Assembly (NCBI GenBank): GCA_964444715.1
Contig: CAYUIL010000001.1
Location: 5,139 to 48,070, forward strand
Reading direction: 5' to 3'
Source of the DNA: an uncultured Pirellulales bacterium
Lineage (GTDB): Bacteria; Planctomycetota; Phycisphaerae; Sedimentisphaerales; Anaerobacaceae
Length of the DNA stretch: 42,932 nt
Shown here piece after piece: positions 9,881-17,913 of this stretch. Position 1 is the first letter of the stretch, and every line of letters starts with the position of its first letter. The notes beneath the pieces are model-generated. The model did not search any database. It was not told the origin of the DNA and saw only the letters and a list, made by a program, of their open reading frames with translations. The position numbers and the translations under genes were made by a program.

Positions 9881-10694
9881 TATGATAGGTGCTGCACTAA
9901 TCAAAATCGGCGAGGGGGTAAGCAGCGCGGGCCAGTTCGGCAGGTTTGTCTGGCGCTCGGCGGTAACTTCCGCGGAAAGCATCGCAAGGAGCGAGACCTA
10001 CCCATTGATATGGGCACAGATGCTGCTGATAGGCGTGCGAAGCGTGCCGGTCATTATGATAACCGGCGCCTTTGTGGGTATGACGCTGGCGGTACAGGCA
10101 TACGACCAATTGGCAGGAATGGGGCTGGAAGAACACTTAGGCGTGCTGATAAACGTCTCTGTGGTAAAGGAGCTCGGGCCGGTGCTGGCGGCGGTGATGC
10201 TGGCCGGGCGAATCGGCGGTGCGCTGACGGCAGAACTGGGAACAATGAACGTCACCGAACAGATAGATGCAATAGAAAGTATGGGGACCGACCCGGTCAA
10301 GTATCTGGTGGCACCTCGCGTGCTGGCGTGCCTTTTATTGACGCCGGCCCTTATCATTTACGCGGACCTGCTGGGAATCATAGGCGGCTGGTTTGTCAGC
10401 GTGGTCCAACTGCACATCAACGCGCGGGCATACTGGAGTTTCAGCGCGTATGGCGTGGAGCTGTGGGACGTGGGCTGCGGCGTCATCAAAGGATTCTTCT
10501 TCGGCGGGGCAATCGCGGTAATAAGCTGCTACAAAGGGTTTCACTGCAAGGAAGGAGCCAGGGGCGTAGGGCAGGCGTGCACGGAGGCGTTTGTGATGAG
10601 CTTTATCGTGATACTAATCATTGACTTTGCTTTGGTGGTGGTTTTCAAGGCAATCTACAGCTCTTTCTGGCCTTTGCGCAGCATGGTGGGATAA
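9873..10694 (+). CDS. mlaE: MlaE-family ABC transporter permease
   Basis: 273 aa, multi-TM, with the characteristic MlaE/YrbE segment ELGTMNVTEQIDAIESMGTDPVKYLVAPRVLA. The start is either GTG 9873 or ATG 9882. Confidence 0.85.
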   Translation: MRGMIGAALIKIGEGVSSAGQFGRFVWRSAVTSAESIARSETYPLIWAQMLLIGVRSVPVIMITGAFVGMTLAVQAYDQLAGMGLEEHLGVLINVSVVKELGPVLAAVMLAGRIGGALTAELGTMNVTEQIDAIESMGTDPVKYLVAPRVLACLLLTPALIIYADLLGIIGGWFVSVVQLHINARAYWSFSAYGVELWDVGCGVIKGFFFGGAIAVISCYKGFHCKEGARGVGQACTEAFVMSFIVILIIDFALVVVFKAIYSSFWPLRSMVG

Positions 10695-10700
10695 GCCCGC

Positions 10701-10737
10701 CGCCCCCGCTCTTGTCTTCGACAAGAAGACGCGGGGG
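10701..10737. repeat. 37-nt GC-clamped hairpin element, copy 1 (intergenic mlaE/mlaF)
   Basis: CGCCCCCGCTCTTGTCTTCGACAAGAAGACGCGGGGG matches 26837-26873 at 36 of 37 positions. The stem is CCCCCGC/GCGGGGG, with an inner stem TCTTGT/ACAAGA. Confidence 0.85.
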
Positions 10738-10765
10738 CCGGGTCACAAGCCACGAGTCACGAAAA

Positions 10766-11641
10766 ATGGAAAAGCAAAACAAACAAAATGAAAATGTGTC
10801 AACGGAAAATAACAGCACCAAGCCCGACGATGGTATCATTGTCCTCAAGAATGTCACCAAGCAGTTCGGGAACAATGTCGTCCTGGACAATATTTCCCTT
10901 GCGATAGAGAAGGGCAAAACCACGGTTGTAATTGGGCCCAGCGGGTGCGGCAAGACGGTGCTTCTCAAACATATGATAGTTCTGCAGCGCCCCACTTCCG
11001 GCGAGGTTTACTTCAAGGGCCAGCGCATAGATGACCTCGATGACAAAGACCTCAACGGCATACGTGCGCACTTCGGGTATCTGTTTCAGGCGGGGGCTTT
11101 GTTTGACAGCTTAAGCGTGGCCGAGAACATAATGTTTCCCGTCAGGCAGCACTGCCAGATAACCCGCTTCAGCGCGGTGGAAGAGCTTGTGCGAAACAAG
11201 CTCAAAATGGTGGGGCTGGACGGGCTTCAGAGTTTTTACCCCGCCAATCTGTCAGGCGGACAGCGTAAGCGCGTGGCGCTAGCCAGGGCGATAGCTCTTG
11301 ACCCTGAGGTGATATTGTATGATGAGCCGACGACGGGGCTGGACCCGATACGGGCGGACACAATAAATGAGCTTATTTTGAAACTGGAGCGGGAGCTTCA
11401 TGTGACCAGCGTGGCGGTAACGCACGATATGAAAAGCGCCTACAAGATAGCAGACCGCATCATTATGCTGCACCACGGCAAGATAATCGCCGACGGCGAC
11501 GCGGACTACATTCGCAACCATTCCGACCTGGTTGTTCAGCAATTTATCGAGGGCGAGGTCAGCAAGAAGGAGCTTGAGCAGCTTCAAAAAACGAACGCCG
11601 CAAACCCAGCCCGCCCTGTAACACGGAAGATTGATGATTGA
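10766..11641 (+). CDS. mlaF: MlaF-type ABC transporter ATP-binding protein
   Basis: Walker A GPSGCGKT, signature LSGGQRKRVALARA and Walker B ILYDEPTTGLD. I prefer ATG 10766 over the ORF-track start 10712 because the extra 18 codons are encoded by a hairpin repeat. The stop lies inside a heptamer array. Confidence 0.85.
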   Translation: MEKQNKQNENVSTENNSTKPDDGIIVLKNVTKQFGNNVVLDNISLAIEKGKTTVVIGPSGCGKTVLLKHMIVLQRPTSGEVYFKGQRIDDLDDKDLNGIRAHFGYLFQAGALFDSLSVAENIMFPVRQHCQITRFSAVEELVRNKLKMVGLDGLQSFYPANLSGGQRKRVALARAIALDPEVILYDEPTTGLDPIRADTINELILKLERELHVTSVAVTHDMKSAYKIADRIIMLHHGKIIADGDADYIRNHSDLVVQQFIEGEVSKKELEQLQKTNAANPARPVTRKIDD

Positions 11642-11722
11642 TAATTGATAATTGATAATTGATAATTAAGAACGTGAATCGGCGAACAATCAATAATCAA
11701 TCATTAATAATCAATCACCAAT
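11631..11722. repeat. Heptamer arrays in inverted orientation: (TTGATRA)x5 ... (AATCAAT-like)x5
   Basis: 11631-11665 is TTGATGA followed by TTGATAA x4 and spans the mlaF stop codon. 11688-11722 is AATCAAT AATCAAT CATTAAT AATCAAT CACCAAT. The units are complementary at 6 of 7 positions. Confidence 0.8.
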
Positions 11723-14568
11723 TGGACGATTTATCGCACCTCATAAAGGGCGAGGTATTTGCCGATATGCTGCACCGCTCGGCGTACAGCAGCGACGCCA
11801 GCATTTACCAGATAGTGCCGAGCTGCGTGGTCTGTCCGCGCGACGCACAGGATGTCGCAGCGGTTGTCAAATACGCGAGGGGCAAGCAAATACCGGTCGC
11901 AGCTCGCGGGGGCGCTAGCGGCGTGGCGGGCGAGTCGCTGTGCAGTGGAATCGTGCTGGATGTGACTCGGTATATGAACAGGATTATCGGCACAGAGGAT
12001 AGCGGCCGGCTCGTGGTGTGCGAGCCGGGCGTGGTGCTGGATGACCTAAACAACTACCTCGCAAAACACAACAGAAAAGTCGGGCCTGACCCATCAACGT
12101 CCAACCGTGCGGTCATAGGCGGCTGTGTGGCCAACAACGCAACCGGCGCGCACTCGCTGCAATTCGGGTATATCGGCGACTACGTGGAGCGAACAGAGGT
12201 GGTCCTGGCGGACGGCAGCATAGTAGAGCTGGCCAATAACGTTAATCCACGCAATGCACAAAACGACAGCGTAGGCCGAATCGCAAGGGCCTGCGCCGAG
12301 CTATTGGCAGGCAAAGAGAAGACAATCGCAAAGGCGCTTCCCGCAACCAAACGCAATCGCAGCGGCTACAGTATCGCAGGGACATATCACGACGGCAAAA
12401 TTGACCTGGCCCGGCTGATGGCCGGCTCCGAGGGGACGCTTGCAATATTCACGAAAATTACTCTTCGCACAGTGCCTTTACCAAAGGCCGAAGGGCTTTT
12501 GCAGCTTGAGTTTGATTCGTTAGAGAAAATGGCAAAGGCGGTGCCGATTATTGTCAGGACAGGTGCCTCGGCCTGCGAGCTGATGGATAATTGCCTGATT
12601 GCTATGGCGATTGAACACCTGCCAGGTTACAGGGATATCCTGCCCGCCAACGCCGCCGCTGTGCTGCTGGTCGAGCATACCGGCGAAACGCCTCCACAAG
12701 TACGAGACAAAATCAAAACGACGGACTCCGCGGTGGGTAATCTCGCGAATAATCGAACGATTGTCTTCGATGAGCAAGCCCAGAAACGGCTGTGGAAGGC
12801 GAGAAAAGACGCGGTTCCCTTATTAGACAGACGTAAAGGCCGGCAAAGACCAGTCCCGTTTATCGAGGATGTGTCGGTCGAAAACGACAAACTGGCGGAG
12901 TATATCGCGGGACTGCAAAAAATCGGGAAAAAAATCGATATTGCGATGAGTTTTTACGGCCACGCAGGCGACGGCGAGCTGCACATCCGGCCTTATCTGG
13001 ACTTAGGCGAGCAGGGCGACATCGAGAAAATGACGCGGATTGCCGACGAAGTGTTCCCGTTAGCGTGGTCGCTTGGCGGGACAGTCAGCGGCGAGCACGC
13101 AGTGGGACTGGTTCGGGCGGCATTTCTGCGACGGCAATACGGCGACGAGTTTTACAATTTGCTGTGCGGCATAAAAAAGATATTTGACCCTAATGGCCTG
13201 CTTAACCCCGGCAAGATAATCAACGACGACCCCGATATTATGGTGCAAAATCTCAAGGCCAGGCAGCGGGTGCAGCCGAATAGAACATTCGCAGAATCGG
13301 GCGTCATATTCGCGGATGACGAGATTGCACTTGAGCTTGAGCGGTGCAATGGCTGCGGGCTTTGTCGAACTGGCGAACGAGAGCTTCGATTCTGCCCTGT
13401 GTTTCGGGCAACGGGAGACGAACTGGCCACCTCGCGGGCGAAAATGAACGTGCTACGGTTCTGGGCGACGGGACAACTTGAGGACGCTGATTTTGACTCG
13501 CCGGAGTTCCGAAAGTTCCTCGATTTGTGCGTCAACTGCAAGGCCTGCTCGCTTGAGTGCCCTTCGGGCGTGGATGTATCGAAGATAATGGCGACGGCCA
13601 GGGCGGAATACGTCCGGCGAAAAGGTCTGCGATTCACGGAACGTCTCCTCGGGCATAATCGATATTTAAGTATGCTGGCCAGCGCCCTCGCGCCTGTTTC
13701 CAATTTTGTAATGCGCTTAGGGATAACCAGATGGCTCCTTGAGAAAACAATGGGTATTGACCGTAGGCGCCGGATGCCGAGATTTGCCTTCGGCTCATTT
13801 CTGTCTGCGGGGCGCGCTTACTTAGAGACCTGCAAGCCGGCCGAAATGCCGATAGATAAGGTCGCTTATTTCGTCGATACATACGCTAATTTCAACGACC
13901 ACGAGCTTGGCTTTGCGGTCATCGACGTCCTGCGGCACAATGATATCGAGGTGATACTGCCGAAGCAAAGGCCGGCGCCGTTGCCGGCGATTGTTTATGG
14001 CGACGTCAAAACGGCCAGACAAGATTTATCTTACAGCGTGAAACACTTAGCGAGGGCCGTTAAAGAGGGATACAAAATTATCTGCTCAGAGCCCAGCGCT
14101 GCCTTATGCCTCAAACAGGAACTAAGGCATTACGTCGAAGGCGAGGACGTAAGTGTAGTATCTGCAAATACTTATGAACTTATGGAGTACCTGCTTGACC
14201 TGCTGAGAAAAGGAAAACTAAACAAGCCCAAAGGAAAAATCTCGAAGGAATACGCTTATCACACGCCTTGCCATTTGTTCGCGATTGGGACTTATGGTGC
14301 CAGTATCGAGATTTTGAAAACGCTGTGCGGCCTTGATATCGTCGATTTGAAAGCGGGTTGCTGCGGCTTAGCCGGGACATTCGGGGTGCAAAAGAAAAAT
14401 TACGAACTATCTGAGCAGATTGCAAAGTCACTCAAAGAGGCGCTCGATAAAACCTCTGCCAAATGTGTCCTTACCGAGTGCGCCGCCTGCGCAATGCAAA
14501 TTGAGCACATAAGCGGAAAACCGGCCCTGCACCCGATAAAGGTCTTGGCGGAATGTTATAGTGTATAG
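11659..14568 (+). CDS. FAD-linked oxidase fused to 2x[4Fe-4S] and CCG domains (YdiJ/GlcD-GlcF-fusion-like 2-hydroxyacid dehydrogenase)
   Basis: 969 aa. It has an N-terminal FAD_binding_4-like region (YSSDASIYQIVPSCVVCPRD...), ferredoxin motifs CNGCGLC...CP and CVNCKACSLECP, and the CCG motif AGCCGLAGTFG. The first ~20 codons are read out of the heptamer repeat, so the true start is probably GTG 11674 or TTG ~11722. Confidence 0.8.
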   Translation: MIIKNVNRRTINNQSLIINHQLDDLSHLIKGEVFADMLHRSAYSSDASIYQIVPSCVVCPRDAQDVAAVVKYARGKQIPVAARGGASGVAGESLCSGIVLDVTRYMNRIIGTEDSGRLVVCEPGVVLDDLNNYLAKHNRKVGPDPSTSNRAVIGGCVANNATGAHSLQFGYIGDYVERTEVVLADGSIVELANNVNPRNAQNDSVGRIARACAELLAGKEKTIAKALPATKRNRSGYSIAGTYHDGKIDLARLMAGSEGTLAIFTKITLRTVPLPKAEGLLQLEFDSLEKMAKAVPIIVRTGASACELMDNCLIAMAIEHLPGYRDILPANAAAVLLVEHTGETPPQVRDKIKTTDSAVGNLANNRTIVFDEQAQKRLWKARKDAVPLLDRRKGRQRPVPFIEDVSVENDKLAEYIAGLQKIGKKIDIAMSFYGHAGDGELHIRPYLDLGEQGDIEKMTRIADEVFPLAWSLGGTVSGEHAVGLVRAAFLRRQYGDEFYNLLCGIKKIFDPNGLLNPGKIINDDPDIMVQNLKARQRVQPNRTFAESGVIFADDEIALELERCNGCGLCRTGERELRFCPVFRATGDELATSRAKMNVLRFWATGQLEDADFDSPEFRKFLDLCVNCKACSLECPSGVDVSKIMATARAEYVRRKGLRFTERLLGHNRYLSMLASALAPVSNFVMRLGITRWLLEKTMGIDRRRRMPRFAFGSFLSAGRAYLETCKPAEMPIDKVAYFVDTYANFNDHELGFAVIDVLRHNDIEVILPKQRPAPLPAIVYGDVKTARQDLSYSVKHLARAVKEGYKIICSEPSAALCLKQELRHYVEGEDVSVVSANTYELMEYLLDLLRKGKLNKPKGKISKEYAYHTPCHLFAIGTYGASIEILKTLCGLDIVDLKAGCCGLAGTFGVQKKNYELSEQIAKSLKEALDKTSAKCVLTECAACAMQIEHISGKPALHPIKVLAECYSV

Positions 14569-14574
14569 TGGGTA

Positions 14575-15594
14575 GTGAATATGAGCGAAGAGGCAATTCA
14601 ACCGAAAAAACCCCGCAAACAGAAAGTCCGTGTGCGGTTCGTCAGGTGCGGTCTTATTGCTACGGCCGTGGCCTCGCTGCTAATCGGCGGGACTGCGTAT
14701 TTCAATATTTATCTGCCGCAAGGCAAAGGGCCTGCGGGGCCGAGTGTGCCTGCGGAACCATTTGGCCACGTCTGGAGTGAGAAAAAAGTAGTGCTGCTGG
14801 GAATCGGAGACAGTATCACTGATGGACTTGGTGCTCGCTCAGGATTTTCATATTTTGACCGGCTTACGAAAAATCCCGCAGGTGACAGCCCTGATATGTC
14901 CGGCAAGAATCTTTCCGCAGTGTTTCCAAATCTGACAACAAAAAATATCGCCATCGCAGGGACGACCTCAATCCGACATCGCGCAGAGATTGAAATGCTG
15001 CATAAATACCCGGAAGACGTGCTGGGAATAGTGGTGATGACTACCGGAGGCAATGACCTTATCCATGGTTACGGACGCAGGCCGCCGAAAGAAGGGGCGA
15101 TGTATGGCGCTACAATTGAGCAGGCCCTGCTATGGATGGATAACTTCCAGAAGCGGCTGGACGAGATGGTAACACTGCTAACAGACATCTTCCCCGGCGG
15201 CTGCCAAATATTTCTTGCCAACATCTATGACCCCACTGACGACACGGGCAACATTAATGCCTGGTTTACGAGATTGCCTGCCTGGCCCGATGGCGTTACC
15301 ATTCTGGAAAGCTACAATCAGATTATCGGGCAGTGCGCAGATAAATACGACAATGTCCATTTGGTCGATATTCACACAATTTCCCTCGGACACGGAATAC
15401 ATTGCAGAAAGCTCTGGCTTAAGAATTACCGCTGGAATGACCCGACTTACTGGTACCAGCCGAACACCATCGAGGACCCAAGCGAACGCGGCCACGACGC
15501 AATACGGCGGGTATTCCTTATAGAAATGGCGAGGGTTTTTGCTGACGGAAAAGTCCTTACGACTGCCCAAGGGAAACTCAGCAGTGAAAATTAG
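14575..15594 (+). CDS. Membrane-anchored SGNH/GDSL hydrolase (paralog 1)
   Basis: 339 aa with an N-terminal TM (LIATAVASLLIGGTAYF). SGNH blocks are LLGIGDSITDG, TTGGNDL and a D..H-type C-terminal block. The start is GTG 14575 or ATG 14581. Confidence 0.8.
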   Translation: MNMSEEAIQPKKPRKQKVRVRFVRCGLIATAVASLLIGGTAYFNIYLPQGKGPAGPSVPAEPFGHVWSEKKVVLLGIGDSITDGLGARSGFSYFDRLTKNPAGDSPDMSGKNLSAVFPNLTTKNIAIAGTTSIRHRAEIEMLHKYPEDVLGIVVMTTGGNDLIHGYGRRPPKEGAMYGATIEQALLWMDNFQKRLDEMVTLLTDIFPGGCQIFLANIYDPTDDTGNINAWFTRLPAWPDGVTILESYNQIIGQCADKYDNVHLVDIHTISLGHGIHCRKLWLKNYRWNDPTYWYQPNTIEDPSERGHDAIRRVFLIEMARVFADGKVLTTAQGKLSSEN

Positions 15595-16042
15595 AGGTTT
15601 GGAACAATCCGACATGGATTCACTCGCGCCTCTGGTTGACGAGTTCGTGTCGGCGAACAGAACGCTGACGTATCGACCTGATTACAGAAACGCCTTTCGT
15701 GATTCCGCGAGAAAGGTTCTGACTGATACAAATGCAGTCATTTTCGTGGCGGACCAAGCAGGTGAAATTGTCGGCCTGATTACAGGGAGGATAAGTGACA
15801 ACGGGTCTATTATTCTTCCTGAGAAAATCGGATATATAAGCATAATTGTTGTCTTATCAAGGTATCGGCGCAAAGGAATAGCCAAGCGGCTGTGGGAAAG
15901 GTTGAACGAGTGGTTCTTGTCCAAGGGAATAGAGGAAGTGCAGCTTTATGCGCTGCCCGATAACGAAGAAGCGAAGGGTTTCTGGCAAGACCGCGGCTTC
16001 GATGTGGTGCTTCAGCGGTGGAGGAAACGTATAGTCGATTAA
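15584..16042 (+). CDS. GNAT family N-acetyltransferase
   Basis: Acetyl-CoA motif A RYRRKGIAKRLWERL. I prefer GTG 15584 (VKIRGLEQSD...), which overlaps the SGNH stop by 11 nt, over the longer ORF-track start 15539. Confidence 0.75.
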   Translation: MKIRGLEQSDMDSLAPLVDEFVSANRTLTYRPDYRNAFRDSARKVLTDTNAVIFVADQAGEIVGLITGRISDNGSIILPEKIGYISIIVVLSRYRRKGIAKRLWERLNEWFLSKGIEEVQLYALPDNEEAKGFWQDRGFDVVLQRWRKRIVD

Positions 16043-16060
16043 GTTCTGAGGGATAGCGAA

Positions 16061-16375
16061 ATGGCACGATACAAGATAGATTTCGAGTCAATGCGGTGGG
16101 AAAGCCCTATGGCCGGTGTCAGATTTAAGGCCTACGAACAAGGCGGGAGGAAGCTGCGTTTGGCGGAGTTCGGCAGAGAGTTTGTTGAGCCGGACTGGTG
16201 CACCAAAGGGCATATCGGCTGTATTCTTGAAGGACAAATGGAAATAGACTTCGATGGAGAAGTAATGGTATTCGGCCCAGGCGACGGCATTTTTATTCCC
16301 GCGGGCGAGGAACACAGACACAAGGCCAAGGTTCTTACAGATCCGGTGAAAGTGGTCCTTGTGGAGAATAGTTGA
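16061..16375 (+). CDS. Cupin-domain protein
   Basis: 104 aa with a cupin_2-like core: GHIGCILEGQMEIDFDGEVMVFGPGDGIFIPAGEEHRH. Confidence 0.65.
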   Translation: MARYKIDFESMRWESPMAGVRFKAYEQGGRKLRLAEFGREFVEPDWCTKGHIGCILEGQMEIDFDGEVMVFGPGDGIFIPAGEEHRHKAKVLTDPVKVVLVENS

Positions 16376-16424
16376 GTCCACAAAATCAGAGTAAGGGTAG
16401 TCCTAATGCGGCGGAGCAGAAATT

Positions 16425-16919
16425 GTGTTGAAGATTTTTGACGCCCAGACAGGTGAAAATCTTGAGGTCGTGAGAAAACTTTTTGAAGAGTATCCTGATT
16501 CGCTGCATCTTGACCCTTGCTTCCAGAATTTTGGTGAGGAGTTAGCCAACCTTCCCGGAGAATAAATCCGGCCAAAGGGATGGCTGCTGCTTGCGATGTA
16601 CCAGAACGAGGTGGCTGGTTGCGTGGCGCTAAGGCGGTTGAGCGAGGGGGTATGTGAAATGAAACGACTATACATCAGGCCGCAATTTCGGCGAAAAGGA
16701 ATCGGGCGGGCATTAGCCGAAGCAATTTCAAAGTCGCTCAAAGATGCACTTGATAAATCCCCCACCCAATGCGTCCTTACCGAGTGCGCCGCCTACGCAA
16801 TGCAGATTGAACATATAAGCGGCAAACGTGCGATTCACCCGATAAAGGTTTTGGCAGAATGCTACGGGCCGATGTGTCCCAACCTGAGCAGAAGAGCTGA
16901 GAAGCAGAAGGATAGTTGA
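16425..16919 (+). pseudogene. Chimeric pseudogene: GNAT acetyltransferase remnant with in-frame TAA, fused to a duplicated ydiJ-like 3' end
   Basis: A single frame reads VLKIFDAQTGENLEVV...LANLPGE, then TAA at 16563-16565, then [25 protein letters not shown]...[13 protein letters not shown] (GNAT motif A). From ~16725 it switches to [42 protein letters not shown]. That stretch is a diverged copy of the last ~45 codons of the 11659-14568 CDS, with one CCG-region Cys changed to Tyr. Confidence 0.7.
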
Positions 16920-16920
16920 A

Positions 16921-17895
16921 ATGACCTGTCCAACCAGGGAACCTGTAGGGCGGGACATCGCCTTGCAATTTTCAAAGTACTTCGTTATCGCTGCGATAGT
17001 GGCCGTCCCGTTAATCGGCGGCATTGCGTATTTCAACGCTTACCTGCCGCAGGGTAAAGGCCCGGCAGGGCCGGATGTGCCTGCCGAGCCATTTAAGCAT
17101 ATATGGAGCGAGGAGAAGGTGATGCTGCTGGGAATCGGGGATAGCATCACAGAGGGATATGGTGCGAGGGAGGAATTTTCATACTTTGATCGGCTTATTA
17201 GAAACCCTGACAGCGACAACCCCGATATGTTAGGCAAGAACCTTTCTGTCGTACTCCCAAACCTGATAACGAGAAATATAGCCGATTCAGGAACGGCCTC
17301 GATCGGGCACTGTGCCGACATCGAATCACTGCAAAGCCAGCCCCAAGACGTGTTTGGAATAGTCGTGATGACTACTGGAGGCAATGACCTTATTCACAAT
17401 TACGGACGACGACCACCCGAAGAAGGAGCGATGTATGGGGCGAGTTTCGAGCAGGCCAGGCCGTGGATAGATAATTTCCAGAAGCGATTAGACGAGATGA
17501 TAACACGGCTGCGGGATGTTTTCCCGGGCGGCTGCCAAATTTTCTTAGCCAATATTTATGACCCAAGCGACGGGACAGGCAACACAAGCACCTGGCTTAC
17601 GGGATTACCTGCCTGGCCCGACGCAGAGTTGATATTACACGCCTATAACAAAAAATTGGCAGAGTGTGCCGAAAGATATGAATACGTTCACCTGGTAGAT
17701 ATCCACAAGCCATTTCTCGGACACGGGATACACTGCAGGAAGTTCTGGATTAAGAATTACTGCCGGAACGACCCAACTTACTGGTATCAATCGAAGAACC
17801 TCGAGGACCCCAGCGAACGCGGCTACGATGCGATACGACGGCTGTTTCTCAACGAAATGATAAAGGTGTTCGGCGATAGCCGGCAGGCAAAATAA
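16921..17895 (+). CDS. Membrane-anchored SGNH/GDSL hydrolase (paralog 2)
   Basis: 324 aa, collinear with paralog 1 along almost the whole length and the majority of residues identical by eye. It keeps the same GIGDSITEG / TTGGNDL blocks. Confidence 0.8.
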   Translation: MTCPTREPVGRDIALQFSKYFVIAAIVAVPLIGGIAYFNAYLPQGKGPAGPDVPAEPFKHIWSEEKVMLLGIGDSITEGYGAREEFSYFDRLIRNPDSDNPDMLGKNLSVVLPNLITRNIADSGTASIGHCADIESLQSQPQDVFGIVVMTTGGNDLIHNYGRRPPEEGAMYGASFEQARPWIDNFQKRLDEMITRLRDVFPGGCQIFLANIYDPSDGTGNTSTWLTGLPAWPDAELILHAYNKKLAECAERYEYVHLVDIHKPFLGHGIHCRKFWIKNYCRNDPTYWYQSKNLEDPSERGYDAIRRLFLNEMIKVFGDSRQAK

Positions 17896-17913
17896 CTCCT
17901 ACAGGAAATAACG

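Noticed and set aside
9806-10624. 272-aa Arg/Gly-rich ORF overlapping mlaE in another frame.
   Set aside because: The mlaE frame carries clear family motifs, whereas this frame gives a compositionally biased R/G string. Its first codons are just the hairpin arm read as protein.
10712-10765. ORF-track 5' extension of mlaF (MSSTRRRGGRVTSHESRK).
   Set aside because: It is encoded by the 37-nt hairpin repeat and GTCACG words. The ATG at 10766 gives a normal ABC ATPase N-terminus.
11631-11722. Heptamer arrays as a CRISPR array or other spacer-repeat system.
   Set aside because: The units are only 7 nt and contiguous, there are no unique spacers, and no cas genes are present in the window.
16563-16565. 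In-frame TAA in the GNAT remnant as programmed read-through or recoding.
   Set aside because: The gene is also truncated after motif A and fused to a foreign tail. Simple pseudogenisation is the economical explanation, although sequencing error cannot be excluded.
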